Source: Octopus vulgaris (taxonomy: Eukaryota). From it: a stretch of 64,000 nt of DNA. Below, in pieces: positions 27,517 through 41,328 of the stretch. Position 1 is the first letter of the stretch; each line of letters begins with the position of its first letter. Both the position numbers and the translations under genes were made by a program. The notes beneath the pieces were generated by a model that worked only from the letters and a program-made list of their open reading frames with translations, ran no database searches and was not told the origin of the DNA. Location of the stretch: the NCBI GenBank assembly GCA_951406725.2, contig OX597814.1:7874001-7938000 (forward strand), in the 5' to 3' direction.

Positions 27517-28785
27517 CAAAATAATTGGACAAAATAATGGAAACGCCTTAAAGTTTCAAACAAATTTATTTTAATATGGGGCAGGACAGCCTTTGCCAGC
27601 AATTAGAGCTTGAATTCTATGATGTATAGACTCATACAAAGTTTGAATTTTCTCCAAAGGTATTTTTGTCCATTCTTCAGCTAAAACAGTCTCCAGTTCT
27701 TGTAGTGGTGGTGGTGGTGGATATCGACTCTTTACTTGTTTTTCTAAAATGCATCATAAATGTGCAACAATACTGAGATCTGAGGACTGTGGAGGCCAGA
27801 GAAGATGTTCAACTTCACTAGAATGTTCCTTGTGCCATTCAGTAACAACTTTAGCTGTGTGAATTGGTGCATTATCATCCTGAAGGATTTCTTTTCACTC
27901 CACAAACAGTTCTGCAACCATAGGATGAATTTGATCAGATAAAAAGCTTAAATAGTCTTGACTATTGATTCTGCCATGAAGGGAAACCATTGGGCCAGCG
28001 GATTTCCAAGATATAGACCCCCCTCCCCATCATCACAGATCCTCCTCCATGTTTAACAGTTGGAAGAAGGCAGTGTGGGTCAAATGCTTCTTTTGGCTGT
28101 CACCACACATACACTCGGCCAGTGGTCAGAAATAAGGTAAAGGATGACTTGTCTGGGAAAATAACATTCTTTCACTGCACTAGGGACCAATTCTGTAGGT
28201 TTTACTCCTCTCTAAATGCTTTGCAACGTTTGTTTTTGAAAGGAGTGGTTTCTGATTGCAGTCCTCACATGAAATCTGGCTTTGTGCAGCTCCTGGTGAA
28301 CAGTTTTTGTGGAAACTGGATTGTCAAGGTGGTCATTAAGCTCTGCGGTAATTTGGGGAGTTGTACTTTTGCGATCCTTTCTAACAATTCATGTAAGAGT
28401 CAGACGGTCCCTATCTGAAAGTTTTGGTTTTCTTCTGAAGTTTTGTTTCAATGAGGAGATTTTCTCTCTTTCTCAAAGGCTGTCATTACTTTCGAGACAG
28501 TAATTTTTGATAAAACCAAACATTTTGGTTGTTTTTGTTATGCTAGTGCCTGCCATATGAACACCAACAATTTCAACTCATTGAAAGTCAGATAGATCTG
28601 TCATTTTAATGAATTTTAATTAACTTTTTCTGGTGATATCTAAATAGAAACAGCAATTTTAGCAAAACATATCAAGCAACATTAATAATAAATCAAAAAA
28701 CATAAAAATAAACAAGCTTTTGATGGTTATATAGACATTTCAAAATTATGATGCTAGGCGTTTCCATTTTTTTGTCCAACCCCTG
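27517..28785 (-). mobile_element. Tc1-family DNA transposon, defective transposase
   Basis: TA-flanked TIRs (TTGGACAAAATAATGGAAACGCC / GGCGTTTCCATTTTTTTGTCCAACCCCTG). Minus-strand MTDLSDFQ.., VKHGGGSVM, QDDNAPIH, WPPQSSDL motifs. Confidence 0.9.
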
Positions 28786-28793
28786 TATGTATG

Positions 28794-28861
<68 letters not shown>

Positions 28862-28863
<2 letters not shown>

Positions 28864-29945
28864 AAAAAAAATGTAAAAGAAAATGTAGATGGGAATAGAA
28901 ATAAAAATAAAAACAAAATTAATAACAATCAAGATATTTATAATAGAGCAACACATTGGAATTTTATAGAATACCAGGAGCATATAAAAAACATAAAAAA
29001 TATAAATAGAATGAAGAATAAAATTATAAATAGGAATATAAAGAAATATATAAGATTAAATGATAGGCAAAAATTAGATCCAATTATAAATAATAAAGAT
29101 GATAACAATAATAGCGTAAATAAGGATACGAGAAATAATAATATAAACATAGATAAAAATAAAATAATTGGTTGATAGTCCCTTATCAGGGATCCAGATT
29201 AAAGATAATATTATAAAAGAAATCACTAAAACAATAGAATCATTTATTATAGAAACATATTTTCTAAAAATAATATAGGAGTAGGATATACTACTACTAA
29301 TAATGTAAGGAATATTATTTCATCACTAAATAAATATAAGTTGAATGAATATTGCAATAATAAATTAAATAATTATCCCAATAACAATGGTAGAGACTAC
29401 AAAAATTGCAATTGTAGGGACAAAAATTATTGTAAATTTAAAAACAAATGTAACTTAATGGATGTAGTATAGAAATGTGTGGTTTCTTTAAATGAAGATA
29501 GGAATGACCAAAGCAAAATAAATAATAGGAATATTGAAGTAAGCTCAGACAGGACATATATAGGTTCAACATCGAAAAAAATTAAACAAAGAATAGCGCA
29601 GCATTTGCACTCATTTAAAAATAAGAAATTAATGAACTCGACAGACTTACATTTGGAGCCTAAAATCTAAAGAAATTAAATATAAACTAAAGTGGGAGAA
29701 AATAAGGAAAACGAAATCGTATAGAATAGGGAATAAGTTCTGTCTGTTGTTTACTCACAAATTTATGCAGATTTTATGGGCTAAAACAACATTGCTCAAT
29801 GCCCAGAATGAAAGAAAAATTAAATGCAAACATAAGCTGAAATGTTTAATCAACAAGTTCTGATTCTCAAGTAAATAAAGAAAAATTATTTGTAAGAAAT
29901 TAAAACTTAGTTATATCCTTTGAATCAAAATTACTATTATATACC
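28862..29945 (+). mobile_element. AT-rich Penelope-like element 3' part (GIY-YIG endonuclease), degenerate
   Basis: NCNCRDKNYC..C..VV..YIGSTSKKIKQRIAQHLHSF..NSTDL..KWE..YRIGNKFCLL. Confidence 0.75.
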
Positions 29946-29947
29946 AT

Positions 29948-32490
29948 TCATCATCATCATCGCTTAATGTCCGTTTTTCGTGCTAGCACAGATTGGATGG
30001 TTTGACCAGGGTCTGGGAAGCCAGGAGCCTGCACCAGGCTTCAGTCTGATCTGGCAGTATTTCTACAGCTGGATGCCCTTCCCAACATCAACCACTCCGA
30101 GAGTGTAGTGGTTGCTTTTTATGTGCCACCGGCACAGAAGCCAGTCAAGGCGATGCTGGCATCAGCCACGTTCGGATGGTGCTTTTTACGTGCTACCGGC
30201 ACAGATATCACAACTACAATTTCCATTTGATATTTATTTTGATGTTGATGTACTTGACTCAACAGGTCTCCTCAAGCACAGCAGGTCATGTGCCACCAGC
30301 ACAGAAGCCAGTCAAGGCAGTGCTGGCATCGGCCACGTTCGGATGGTGCTTTTTATGTGCCGCCGGCACAGGTATCATAACTGCAATTTCCGTTTGATAT
30401 TTATTTTGATGTTGATGTACTTGACTCAATAGGTCTCCTGAAGCACAGTAGGTCACCCTTTGATCCAAGGTAAGCACAGAAGGTCGGTCTGCAATCGAAG
30501 GTACTTTGGATGGGCTGGGGCTATGCAAAACTGGTGCAGGAAGCAGCCATGAACTTACATTATTATTCGGTTCTTTGCAGTCATAGCATATCTCCAGAGA
30601 TCTCGGTCTTTCGTCATTGCCTCTGTGAGGCCTAACGTTTGAAGGTCATGCTTGAACACCTCATCCCATGTCTTCCTGGGTCTACCTCTACCCTGGATTC
30701 CTTCAACTGTTTGGGAGTGGCACTTCTTCACACATCTCTCCTCATCCATCCATAGTATATGACCATACCAGCGCATGCATCTCTCTTGCATGCTACATCT
30801 GATGCTTTTTATGTCCAACATTTCTCTCAGGACGCTTACACTCTGTCATGTGTGCACACTGACATTACACATCCAGTGGATCAAGCTAGCTTCATTTCTT
30901 TCAAGTCTACGCATGTCCTCTGCAGTCACGGCCCATGTTTCACTACCGTGAAGCATGGCAGTTCGCACACATGCATTGTACAATCTACCTTTCACTCTGA
31001 GCGAGAGACCCTTTGTCACCACTAGGGGTAGAAGCTTTCTAAACTTTGCCCAGGCTATTCGTATTCTAGTGGTGATACTCTCTGAACATCCACCTCCACT
31101 ACTAACTTGGTCACCTAGGTAGTGGAAACTATCAACTACTTCTAGTTTCTCTCTTTGGAGTGTGATGGAATCTGTTTTCTGAGTATCTGTGGTGTCTATT
31201 GCCCCTGTGATCTGCCGCACATGAAAGCTATCTTTTTGGTTAAGTTTCCTTTGATGTTGCTGCACCTCTTATGTGTCCATAGCTTACACTGGATACATCT
31301 TATGGAGTTTCTACCTACACCTTTTCTACAGATCGGGCAGGGCCACCTGCCTGGGGGGGGTGTGTGATGAGTTTGCCTTTCTGCTTACTATAACTTTGGT
31401 CTTTGCTACATCTACTCTAAGGCCCTTTGATTCTAAATCTAGCTTCCACACCTGAAATTTCTTTTCTAGTTCCGGTAGTGGTTCTGCTATGAGGACCAGG
31501 TCATCAGCATAGAGGAGCTCCTAGGGGCAACCCGTCTTGAATTCCTCTGTTATTGCCTGGAGGACTATGATGAATAGAAGGGACTAACGGCTGAACCTTG
31601 GTGGACCCCTACTTCTACCCGGAATTCTTCACTATACTCGTTGCCAATCCTGACCTTACTAATGGCCTCTCTGTATAGGGCCTGTACAGCCCTTATCAAC
31701 CATTCATCAATCTCCAGTTTCCACATCGACCACCAGATAAGTGATCGGGGGACCCTGTCAAAGGCTATCTCCTAGTCCACAAAAGCTAAGTATAGGGGTT
31801 TATCTTTAGCTAGGTATTTCTCCTGTAGTTGTCAAACCAGGAATATGGCATCAGTGGTGCTTCTACCCGAAACAAAACCAAACTGCATCTCATCTAAGCA
31901 GACTCTCTCCCTAATGAGATGGACTATGACCCTCTCTGTGACCTTCATCACCTGATCCAGCAGTTTAATACCCCTGTAGTTATTCCTATCTAGAGCATCA
32001 CCTTTACCCTTGTAGCAGTTAACTATGGTGCTGCTATGCCAATCATTGGGTATGACTCCGTTATGTACTACCTGGTTTACAATGTGGGTGACTAGGCCAA
32101 AGCCCACACCACCAGATGCTTTAAGCAACTCAGAAGTGATTCCTGATGGGCCAAGGGCTTTTCCTGGCTTCATACCTTTAATTGCTTTATCTACCAGGGA
32201 GCTGTCTATTGGGATAGCTTGTCCCTCTACTGGGTCAACATTTGGCAGGCTCTCCTCCTCCCATTCATTCTCCACATTCAGCAGTCTTTCATAGTGGCTT
32301 CTCGAAGCCTCTTTCTTTTCAGAATCACTAAAAGCAAGTGCCCCATCATCCATTCGAACACATTTCTCTCCTGTGAAATCACAATTTTCTCTCACACACT
32401 GTCTTGCAATCCGAAATACCTCAGTTCTTTGGTCCTCACGTCTCTTCTTTTCCACTTCACTCTTGGTTATGTTTACCTGTCTTGGCTATA
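29948..32490 (-). mobile_element. RTE LINE (longest copy, RT start to 3' tail), frameshifted
   Basis: ORFs 31832-32455 (NYRGIKLL, QFGF..STTDAIF), 30846-31265 and 30555-30821. Confidence 0.92.
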
Positions 32491-33051
32491 GCCACATTAA
32501 AATATAACATATTATTTGGATAATTTCAGTTATGGTAAATTTAATTACATTTGTAGCTAGCTGTACGTCACACAAGATTAGTTTGAAAATTTATAAATTT
32601 TGATTCAGAGACGGAGTTTAAATTTTTAAGAATAATAGGAGAAATATAGTTATTAAACAATATTGAATTTATATTATTACATAAACACATAATAATTGAA
32701 ATTTCTATGAATTATGAAATATCTGAATAATGAGTATAAAGAAAAAACTTATTACTTGAATATCAGGAAAGATAGATGTTCAATCATGAGACTGGCAGGT
32801 GGAATAAAAAAAATTAAAAAATGAGGGAAAAGATAGATTATTCCCATAATACATTAACTTCCGGTTCCCCTGACAGTATTATGCTAATTATTGGGTAGTT
32901 TTATTGTGTACCATTAATACATGGCAAGTATATATAGGAATAAATATTTTCTAAGAACCTTATAATATAAATTAAAATCAACTCAAATAACATCGGAATT
33001 TTTAAGAATAGCTTCAACGGTTTTGACAAGATGGAGACATATATTAGTTTT

Positions 33052-34427
33052 CATCATCATCATCATCATTCAACGTCCGTTCTCCATGCTAGCATGGGTT
33101 GGACGGTTCGACCGGGGATCTGGGAAGCCAGAAGGCTGCACCAGGCTCCGGTCTTATCTGGCAACGTTTCTACAGTTGGATGCCCTTCCTAATGCCAACC
33201 ACTCCGTGAGTGTAGTGGGTGCTTTTTACATGCCACCTGCACTGGTGCCAGCCGAGGCTGGCATCGGCCACGGTCGGATTGGTGCATTTTATGGAAGCCA
33301 GTCGAGGTGGCACTGGCTTCGGCTACGATTCGGATGGTGCTTTTTACGTGCCACCGACACGGAAGCCAGTCGAGGCGGCGCTGGCATCGGCCACAATTCG
33401 GATAGTGCTTTTTACGTACCTCCAGTCCCAGGGCCCTGGCATCTGCCGGGTGCTAGTCATAGGATTGGTTCAATTTCGATTTCAATTTCGAGTTCGATTT
33501 CGATTTCACTTGCCCCAACAGGTCTTCGCAAGCAAGGGGGGTTGCCATAGGTGCCTGTCGTTGGATGAGGTTCGATATCGACTTCGCTTGCCTCAACAGG
33601 TCTTTGTGTGTCCAAGGGGGGAAAGGCATGCATAAGTGGGCTGGACTCACTTGTCCTGCCTGGTCTTCTCACTCACAGCATATTTCCAAAGGTCTCGGTC
33701 GTCGGTCATTTCCTCAGTGAGATCCAAGGTTCGAAGGTTGTGCTTCACCACCTCGTCCCAGGTTTTCCTGGGTCTACCTCTTCCACGGGTTCCCTCAACT
33801 GCTAGGGATTGGCACTTTTTCACACACCTATCTTCGTCCATTCTCGCCACATGACCATACCAGCGCAATCGTCTCTCTTGCACACCACAACTGATGCTTC
33901 TTAGGTCCAACATTTCTCTCAGGGTACTAACGCTCTGTCGAGTATGCACACTGACATTGCACATCCAGCAGAGCATACTGGTTTCATTCCTCGCGAGCTT
34001 ACACATGTCCTCAGCAGTCACGGCCCATGTTTCACTGCCATGTAGCATGGCTGTTCGCACACATGCATCATACAGTCTGCCTTTTACTCTGAGCGAGAGG
34101 CCTTTAGTCACCAGCAGAGGTAAGAGCTCCCTAAACTTTACCCAGGCTATTCTTACTCTAGCAGTTACACTTTCAATGCACCCACCCCCACTACTGACTT
34201 GGTCACCTAGATAACGGAAGCTATCAACTACTTCTAGTTTTTCCCCCTGGAAAGTGACGGAAGTTGTTTTCTGCAGATTTTCAGAGATTATTGCTCCTGA
34301 GCATCTGCCACATACAAAAACTATCTTCCCAGTTAGCCTTCCTTTGACATTGCTGCACCTCTTATGTGTCCATAGCTTACACTGGGTGCATCTTATAGAG
34401 TTTCTACCTACACCTTCTCTACAGATA
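33052..34427 (-). mobile_element. RTE LINE 3' portion
   Basis: ORF 33647-34456; (GAT)n tail at 33052. Confidence 0.92.
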
Positions 34428-34770
34428 GACGTAAACTGAAAAACATAAGTTAACACTTCAATTTGTTTGTAATTTTTACTTTTTACATTCTATTTTTAAT
34501 TTTATTATATTAATTTATTAATTTTTTTCGTATTTTTATTCGTATTCTTCTTGTAATTTTTATCCGGATTTCTTCACATATTTTTTCATTCGTATATTTT
34601 TTTAGTCGTATTTCATATCCATTTTTATTCCTTAAATTGCTTATGTCTTAAATTTATAAGGTTCATGAATTTATTTATTTACTTATTTTTACTTATATAT
34701 ATGTATATTTGTATTTTAACTAACATAGTGATATATAAGGGGTAGATATACTTATTAATGTGGGTGAAGT

Positions 34771-34868
34771 AGACCTGACGATTGGGGTTGCGTAAACATA
34801 ATGAGTTCTTGAAAGAGACTGTGTGTCTTGATAACACCAAACGCACACTCATGAAACACGTGTAGTCT
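34771..34868 (+). ncRNA. Type I hammerhead ribozyme with long stem II, in an AT-rich probable Penelope-like terminal repeat
   Basis: AGAC-CTGACGA-(TGGGGTTGCGT...ACGCACACTCA)-T-GAA-ACACGTGT-A-GTCT: stem I AGAC/GTCT, palindromic stem III, GUA triplet. Confidence 0.7.
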
Positions 34869-35001
34869 GTAATATGGAAAATTTTCGAATTATGAATAGA
34901 AATATTAAGTATAATGTATAATATTCTATGGCATGGTTGAGTGAATAACTTTCGGAGTTGATGAAATTGTGGGTGTTTCTGTCTCTAACACTATTTTGAT
35001 A

Positions 35002-35050
<49 letters not shown>

Positions 35051-35144
35051 GGATCCAAGTCGTATATATATATTCAAGTAATAAGTTTTCTCTTTATACT
35101 CATGATTCAGATATTTCATGATTCATAGAAATTTCAATATATAC

Positions 35145-35255
35145 GACTGAGGAAAGAAAACTCTGAATGGCCTGTCCTTGTTCTTTCTTGTCCTTTTTTT
35201 GTATCATCTGTCTAGATGTTTTGCGTTCTTGTCCCATTTTTTGTATTCCTTTCTA
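35145..35255. repeat. Unclassified interspersed repeat fragment, inverted homolog of 62349-62470
   Basis: GGAAAGAAAACTCTGAATG..CCTTG..GTATCATCT..CCCATTTTTTG shared with the reverse complement of 62349-62470. Confidence 0.6.
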
Positions 35256-35296
35256 TATACATACATACATATATACATATATACATGTGTATATAT

Positions 35297-35515
35297 CATC
35301 ATCATCATCGTTTAACATCCGTTTTCCGTGCTAGCACAGGTTGGACAGTTCAACCGGGGTCTGGGAAGCCAGGAGCCTGGACCAGTCTCCAATCTGATCT
35401 AGCAGTGTTTCTACAGCTGGATGCCCTTCCTAATGCCAACCACTCCGAGAGTGTAGTGGGTGCTGTTTATGTGCCACCGGCACAGGTATCACAACTACAA
35501 TTTCCATTTGATATT
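35297..35515 (-). mobile_element. RTE 3'-UTR fragment
   Basis: CATCATCGTTTAAC..CTGGATGCCCTTCCTAATGCCAACCACTCC. Confidence 0.8.
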
Positions 35516-36204
35516 TTGTATATATATATATATATATATAAAATTGAATATGGGTCAACAAGAAGGATTACAGTTTGACAGGTATTTTCTAATCACTAAA
35601 CATGTCTCCATACAACATAATTCTTCACATATACAAGCATCTGCTTATTTGATTATGCATCAGTTTACCTATATAATGGAATCCAGTTGTATTTTCTCAG
35701 GTGATATTCAATTTGCTGTCTCTGTCTCTGATAAAAAAGACCTTCCACTTCAATGCTAACACATCCAACTCCCTTGTTTGAATTTAGCTGATGCTGGCAG
35801 TCTCCTTCTGCTTTGCTGTTAACATGCTTCTGTATGGCTGCTATGAGTGATATCGGATGATGTATTGGGTGTCCATGTTGCTACTGTCTGATTTTCAATC
35901 TCTTCCTCATGTGGAATTTTATTATCTGCCCTTCAGTATTCAATGGTCCAGAGATATACAAAGCCTCCCCCGCATATATTCATATATAGATACCCATATA
36001 TACACACATATACACTCACAGTTACCTTCATGCATACACAATCATTTACATATATATTCATACATATACATCTCTAGGCAGCCCATACACACACACATGC
36101 CACACACATACATTCATTTACATATATGTGTGTACATAGATATATTTTTAGCCACTCCAATATATATACATATACATAAGAGAAGATAAAGCTGGTAGTG
36201 ATGG

Positions 36205-37250
36205 GGTTGGATCAGGTAATGAAAGTCACAGAAAGGGTCACAGCCCAACTAATTAGGGAGAGAGTTGTTTTAGAGAAGATGCAGTTTGGGTTTGTGCCAG
36301 GTAGAAGCACCACTGATGCTATATTTCTGAGAAATACCTAGCCAAAGCTAAACCTCTGTGGCTTTTGTTGACATGTAGAAAGCCTTTGACAGGGTCCCCC
36401 AATCCCTTATCTGGTGGTCAATGAGGAAACTAGGGATAGATGAGGAGTTGTTGAGAGCCATACAAGCCCTGTACAGGGATGCTGTCAGTAACGTGAGGGT
36501 TGACAACAAGCGAAGAATTCAGGATAGAAGCAGGGATTCACCAAGTCCTCAGCCCCCTCTTATTCGTCATAGTTTTCTGGGCAATGACAGGCTGCACCCA
36601 GGAGCTCCTCCTATACTGATGACCTTGTTCTAATAGCTGAGTCAATATCTGAACTAAAGAAAAGGTTTCAGGTGTGAAATCAAGGTCTTAAAATGAAAGG
36701 CCTTAGAGTCAACCTAGCAAAAACCGAAGCCTTAGTAAGTAGGAAGGTAGACAAATCACAAATCCCTTCCGGTAGATGGCCCTGCTCAATCTGTAGAAAA
36801 GGCATAGGTAGAAACTCCATAAGATGTACCGAGTGTAAGCTATGGACATATAAGAGGTGCAGCAATATCAAGGGAAGATAGTTTTTGTGTGTGGAAGATG
36901 CACAGGTGCAATAAACACTGAAGATGTACAGAAAACAAATTCTGTCACATGCCAGGATGAAAAACTAGAAGTAGTTGATAGCTTCCATTACAAATCAGTG
37001 GTTGGGGTGGATGCTCTGAGAGTGTAGCGGTTAAAATAAGAATAGCCTGGGTAAAGTTCAGGGGTAAAGTTACCTCTGCTGGTAACAAAGGTCCTCTCAC
37101 TCAGGGTGAAAGGTAGACTGAATGATGCCTGTGTCTAAACAGCCATGTGACATGGCAGTGAAACATGGCCCGTGACTGCTGAAGACATGCATAACCTTGC
37201 AAGAAATGAAGCTAGTATGATCCGCAAGATGTGTAATGTCAGTGTGCATA
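36205..37250 (+). mobile_element. Degenerate RTE LINE RT fragment
   Basis: ORFs 36421-36633 and 36693-36881 (WPCSICRKG..C..C..KRC). Confidence 0.85.
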
Positions 37251-37712
37251 GGAGAAAGAATTGTTTGGAAAATGTGTATTTCGGTGAAGTTAGTCATACT
37301 AAATAGCATTATTTGATGGCATTTGTGTGGCTGTTTTATTGAAAAACATCTTTTTAAAGATTTTAAAGCTGAGAGGTGTGACTTTCAGATTTCATGGACA
37401 TATGTTAGAACTCTGGTTTCTGTGAGTGAAATTAGCATTGTTCAATCAGGAATGCCATAACTTCTTTGCAGATATTCTCAAGACAAAACGATTTTGGCAA
37501 GTGTATTGGTCTATTTTAAAAATAACTGGGTGAACTTTTGAAAAACTTTGGCTGTTACTTCTAGCATATCTGGACTGTTTGAAGGCTACATGTATTTCAG
37601 GTTTACATCAGGTATGTAAAGTGGATGTTTATGATGTGGATAGCACAATACTGTTCCATGGATGGTGAGTAACTTGTATTTGTCTAGCATTAATCTTGGT
37701 TTTATTTTGCAG

Positions 37713-37910
37713 GAATATCTGCCACGAATATGGGAGGAGATGAAGAGGGCAGAACGATATTGGTGTCAGGAGTCCCAACTGATTTCTGTTTGGAAGCCAT
37801 TCAGTCTTATTTTAAGAACAAGAAGATATCAAGTGGAGGACCTATTAAAGGAATCCCAGAACGGATCCAAGATTCTGGGGAAGTTATTATCACTTTTGAA
37901 TCGGAAAAAG
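37713..37910 (+). CDS. Host gene coding exon 2: PARP14/PARP10-like RRM
   Basis: TTTTGCAG acceptor, AAG/GTTAG donor, 198 nt, phase 1-1; RTILVSGVP..IQSYFKNKKISSGGPI..VIITFE. Confidence 0.85.
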
Positions 37911-38384
37911 GTTAGAAGAAATATTCTTTATTTCATGAAATCATTTACAGACATCATCATTGTCATCACTTAATATCTGTTGTCCATGCTTGCATAGGTT
38001 GGACAATTTGTGTGTAATTACTGTGAACACATTAGATTAATATAAAGCAATGTTAAAAACCATCATCATTATCGTCATTTAACATTCATTTTCCATATTT
38101 GCTTGCATTGAATAGTTTGACAGGATCTGGTGAGCAGCATTGACCTCTAGGGTCAGCTTTGGCATGGTTTCTATTGCTCGGTGCCCTTCCTAATGCCAAC
38201 CACTTTACAGAGTGAACTGGGGGCAATTTTTCTGCTGTCATTACTAGTGAGGTTGCTAAGTAATGTCCAAGAAAGAAAAAAAAAGGAAAAACACTCCTTC
38301 TACTAAATGGAGTGAGGAACCGAAAGGGCTATGTAGGGGTTATGCTAGGTGTTGAAAGGCTAAAGTGCGATCAAGGAGGTACAC

Positions 38385-39305
38385 TAGAGAAATTGTAGAG
38401 CACATATTACGTATTTCAGTAATTGACCAGTTAATGATATAGAAACTGTAAGTCATGATTAGTATGGCTAAAGCATTGATCGCTTCAATCCTGTTTCTTG
38501 TATTCAACTCTGTCTTGAGTATTGCTCTTACCTTGTGATGGCATCTTTTCTGATGTTTTCCCTCATCATTGAATGTTTGATGCCCCTAGGAATCTGCAGC
38601 TCACCGTTGGTTCTAACTCCTTTATGACATTCTGCTGGTCGTGGTTAACGTTGGATGTTTCTGTCATTTTTCCTTTGATAAAAGTAGCTTTTGCACATCT
38701 ATGGAGGCCAAATTGCATTCTGATGTCATCACTGGAATTGTTTAACAATCGCTAGTAAGCCCTGTAGTCATTTTTTGAAAAGAGCTTTAAATCATCCATG
38801 TAAAAGAGATGATTTATATTTTTATCAAACATTTTATAACTGTACTGTACATCATTGAGCAATTTCAAGAGAGTCAGGCCAGACGAAAGAGGAGTGGTGA
38901 TAGAGAGTCACCTTGGAAAATGACACATGAAATTCTGACATCTCCAACATTAAGAGATTTATTGTCACTGTTCAAAGTTAGTGTGGTTCTCCATGATCTC
39001 ATTCTTACAGACAAAACGTTTTGCAGAGTAGGTGCTATTTTATACATTTCCAGACATTTCTTAATCCAGCTATGTGGTAGGCTATCAAAAGTGTTTTTAT
39101 AGTCTATCCAGGCTATTGACAAGTTTTGTGTCGTTTGTGACAATCTTCTAAGATCATCTTATTGACGAGCATCTGATCTTTACAACCATCGGACCCACGT
39201 TTACATCCTTTTTGCTCATTAGGGAATATGCCACTTTCTATTAAAAATCTATAGGTATATTCAGTCAGGACAGACGTTAGCATTTTATACATTGTTGTTA
39301 AGCAG
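38385..39305 (-). mobile_element. Degenerate Dong/R4-like RT fragment
   Basis: WIDYKNTFDSLPH..FQGDSLSP; FGLHRCAKATF. Confidence 0.8.
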
Positions 39306-39309
39306 TTGC

Positions 39310-39890
39310 CCCTTTTTTGCTGATTTCCTTCTCTTCCCTAACTGAAATGACTAGTTCTGCCTGTTTTGGACAGACTACTGCAAAAAGAGAAATGAAGTTC
39401 AGTGAGAGAAATATGTTGAGCTAGAGAGGAAGTATAGGGTGAAGAGAAAAGGAATCTATGTTGTGATTGAGGAATTAAAACAGGGGTCGAAAGCTAAAGC
39501 ACATAAATTTAAAAGATATGAACAGAGAATTGAGCAATACAGATTAAACAGACTTTTCTTTGAACAAAATCAGAAACGACCCTATTAGGAACTGGATGGG
39601 AAAAAGAAAAAGGTGAAAAAGCCATGCCGGATGCTGAGGAAATCAGAAGATTCTGGTTAAACATATGGTCTCTGGAGAAACAACATGAAACTGAAGACAC
39701 TGAAAGAGGAGAGTGGAGAGTATAAGCAGGAGGATTTTAGAATATCTGAGGAGATGATTAGAGATCAGTACAGGAAAATTGCTGACTGAAAAGTGCCTGG
39801 CCCAGAGGGGGTTCAGGGCTTTGGGCTTAAAAACTTGACAGCTCTTCACAGGTGAATTGTGAGACAGCTGGACAAAATACTGAGAAGTGA
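39310..39890 (+). mobile_element. Degenerate Dong/R4-like N-terminal fragment, opposite orientation to its neighbour
   Basis: IEELKQ..AKAHKFKRYEQRIEQYRLNRLF, similar to the pre-RT region of 12079-14301. Confidence 0.6.
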
Positions 39891-40149
39891 CAACAAGAAT
39901 CACCACAACAATAACAATTACAGTGACAACAACCACTTCACTGACCCTTCTACAGTACATGTGCATGCACACATGTGCACACATGTGCACACGCAACATA
40001 TGCGTTTGTAATCACCCACATGTTTTCACCTACCACTAAAATCAAAGGAAATTAAATTTATTGCCGCTTTAGCGACCTCAGATCTTTTGAAGATGTTGAA
40101 AGCAACCTGTTGTCACTAAAGTGTCTAAAATTTGATAAAATTGTCCACA

Positions 40150-41328
40150 AAAGGTATGTGAGGAAGTTCTTTTGTTAAAAGTATTATTTTCAACTGTCTA
40201 CAAACACTTCCAGGCTGAGATAATACATTCCTCCAAGATTAAATAAAACAAATTCTCAAACTGAAGGGGCTGAAATTCTAGTTTTGGGTGCAAAACATCC
40301 CATAGCCTCCACTCCATCCCACCCGTGGCTACATGCCTGTAACCCACAAATATATTTCTCCTCATGCATTTTGAGTATTGAAAGTGTAGCAGATTTAGAA
40401 TATTTTCTGAGAATATGCACTTTCTCAAGTCTGTTTCAAAATTGCAGCCATTTGATGCAAAATGTTTGGTAAGTTCTGTCCAACTACTGTTATTGTGCCT
40501 GACGTCATATCTGTGCCCATTAAATCTTTTGTTTAATTGTTCTTTTGTGCAATGAACATAAACCAAGTTGTGTTTCATGCATCCTGCTGCATACACCAAA
40601 CGGGAATCTCTACATGTCCCACCTTCTGTATAAATCATAACATTTCTGATATGATTCCGGATGGAATTCACTTGACTCATGTTGTTGTACAAGGAACAGG
40701 GCTTACCTCTCCTGTGGCTGTTTTTCAAGTGACAGCATGCAGAAAACTCCAATGTTAGTTTCCTTGGAGTCAGAAGTAGAGGTTAATAATTCTCTTGTAC
40801 TTTTATTCTGTCTAACAGCTACAATGAGCGACTGAGGAAATATTTGTTTTGAAACAAGGATATTTTACTGCAACAAGCTGGTAACTTTCATTCAACACTT
40901 TTGAAATGCCAGTGAAATTTCAGTTCCAGTTAATCATTAAAGGAATTCTGTCATCAATTGTATTGTGTTTGCTAAAATTATGTGTGAATTTGGTTTTACT
41001 TTCTTGGCTAATCTTAGCTATGGCATTTTCTATTTCCTTTAATCATGATTCACTGTAACTGCGTTTGACATTATGGTGCACAAAAGCATTTGCACGTTTC
41101 TTGTAATCTTCTCTGTCAGTACAAATCTGTTTTATCCTCAAAAACTGGGATTTAGGATTTGACTGAATAATATGATGTGAAGGTGGTGGAGGTAAATGTA
41201 GGATGATATGGGCTTCCCAAGTAACTCTGTCACTATTCTACCTCCAGAAAACTTAACTTTTGTGTCCAAATAATCAATGCTAGTTTTTGAAAAACTAGAC
41301 ATAAATTTTTATGTTGGACCTAAAGCCA
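40150..41328 (-). mobile_element. Penelope-like element, RT thumb plus GIY-YIG
   Basis: LVYAAGCMKHNLVYV..LNKRFNGHRYDV (GIY-YIG); GPT.KF..SIDYLD (late RT). Confidence 0.78.

Noticed and set aside
32490-33050. AT-rich segment possibly belonging to the PLE that carries the 34771 hammerhead
   Set aside because: No recognisable protein motif by eye
35148-35167. CTGAGGA..GAA hammerhead-like core
   Set aside because: No GAAA with stem III or stem I pairing; the homolog near 62445-62468 lacks the core
37662-37973. 103-aa ORF overlapping exon 2
   Set aside because: Alternative frame of the real exon; splice phases support the RRM frame
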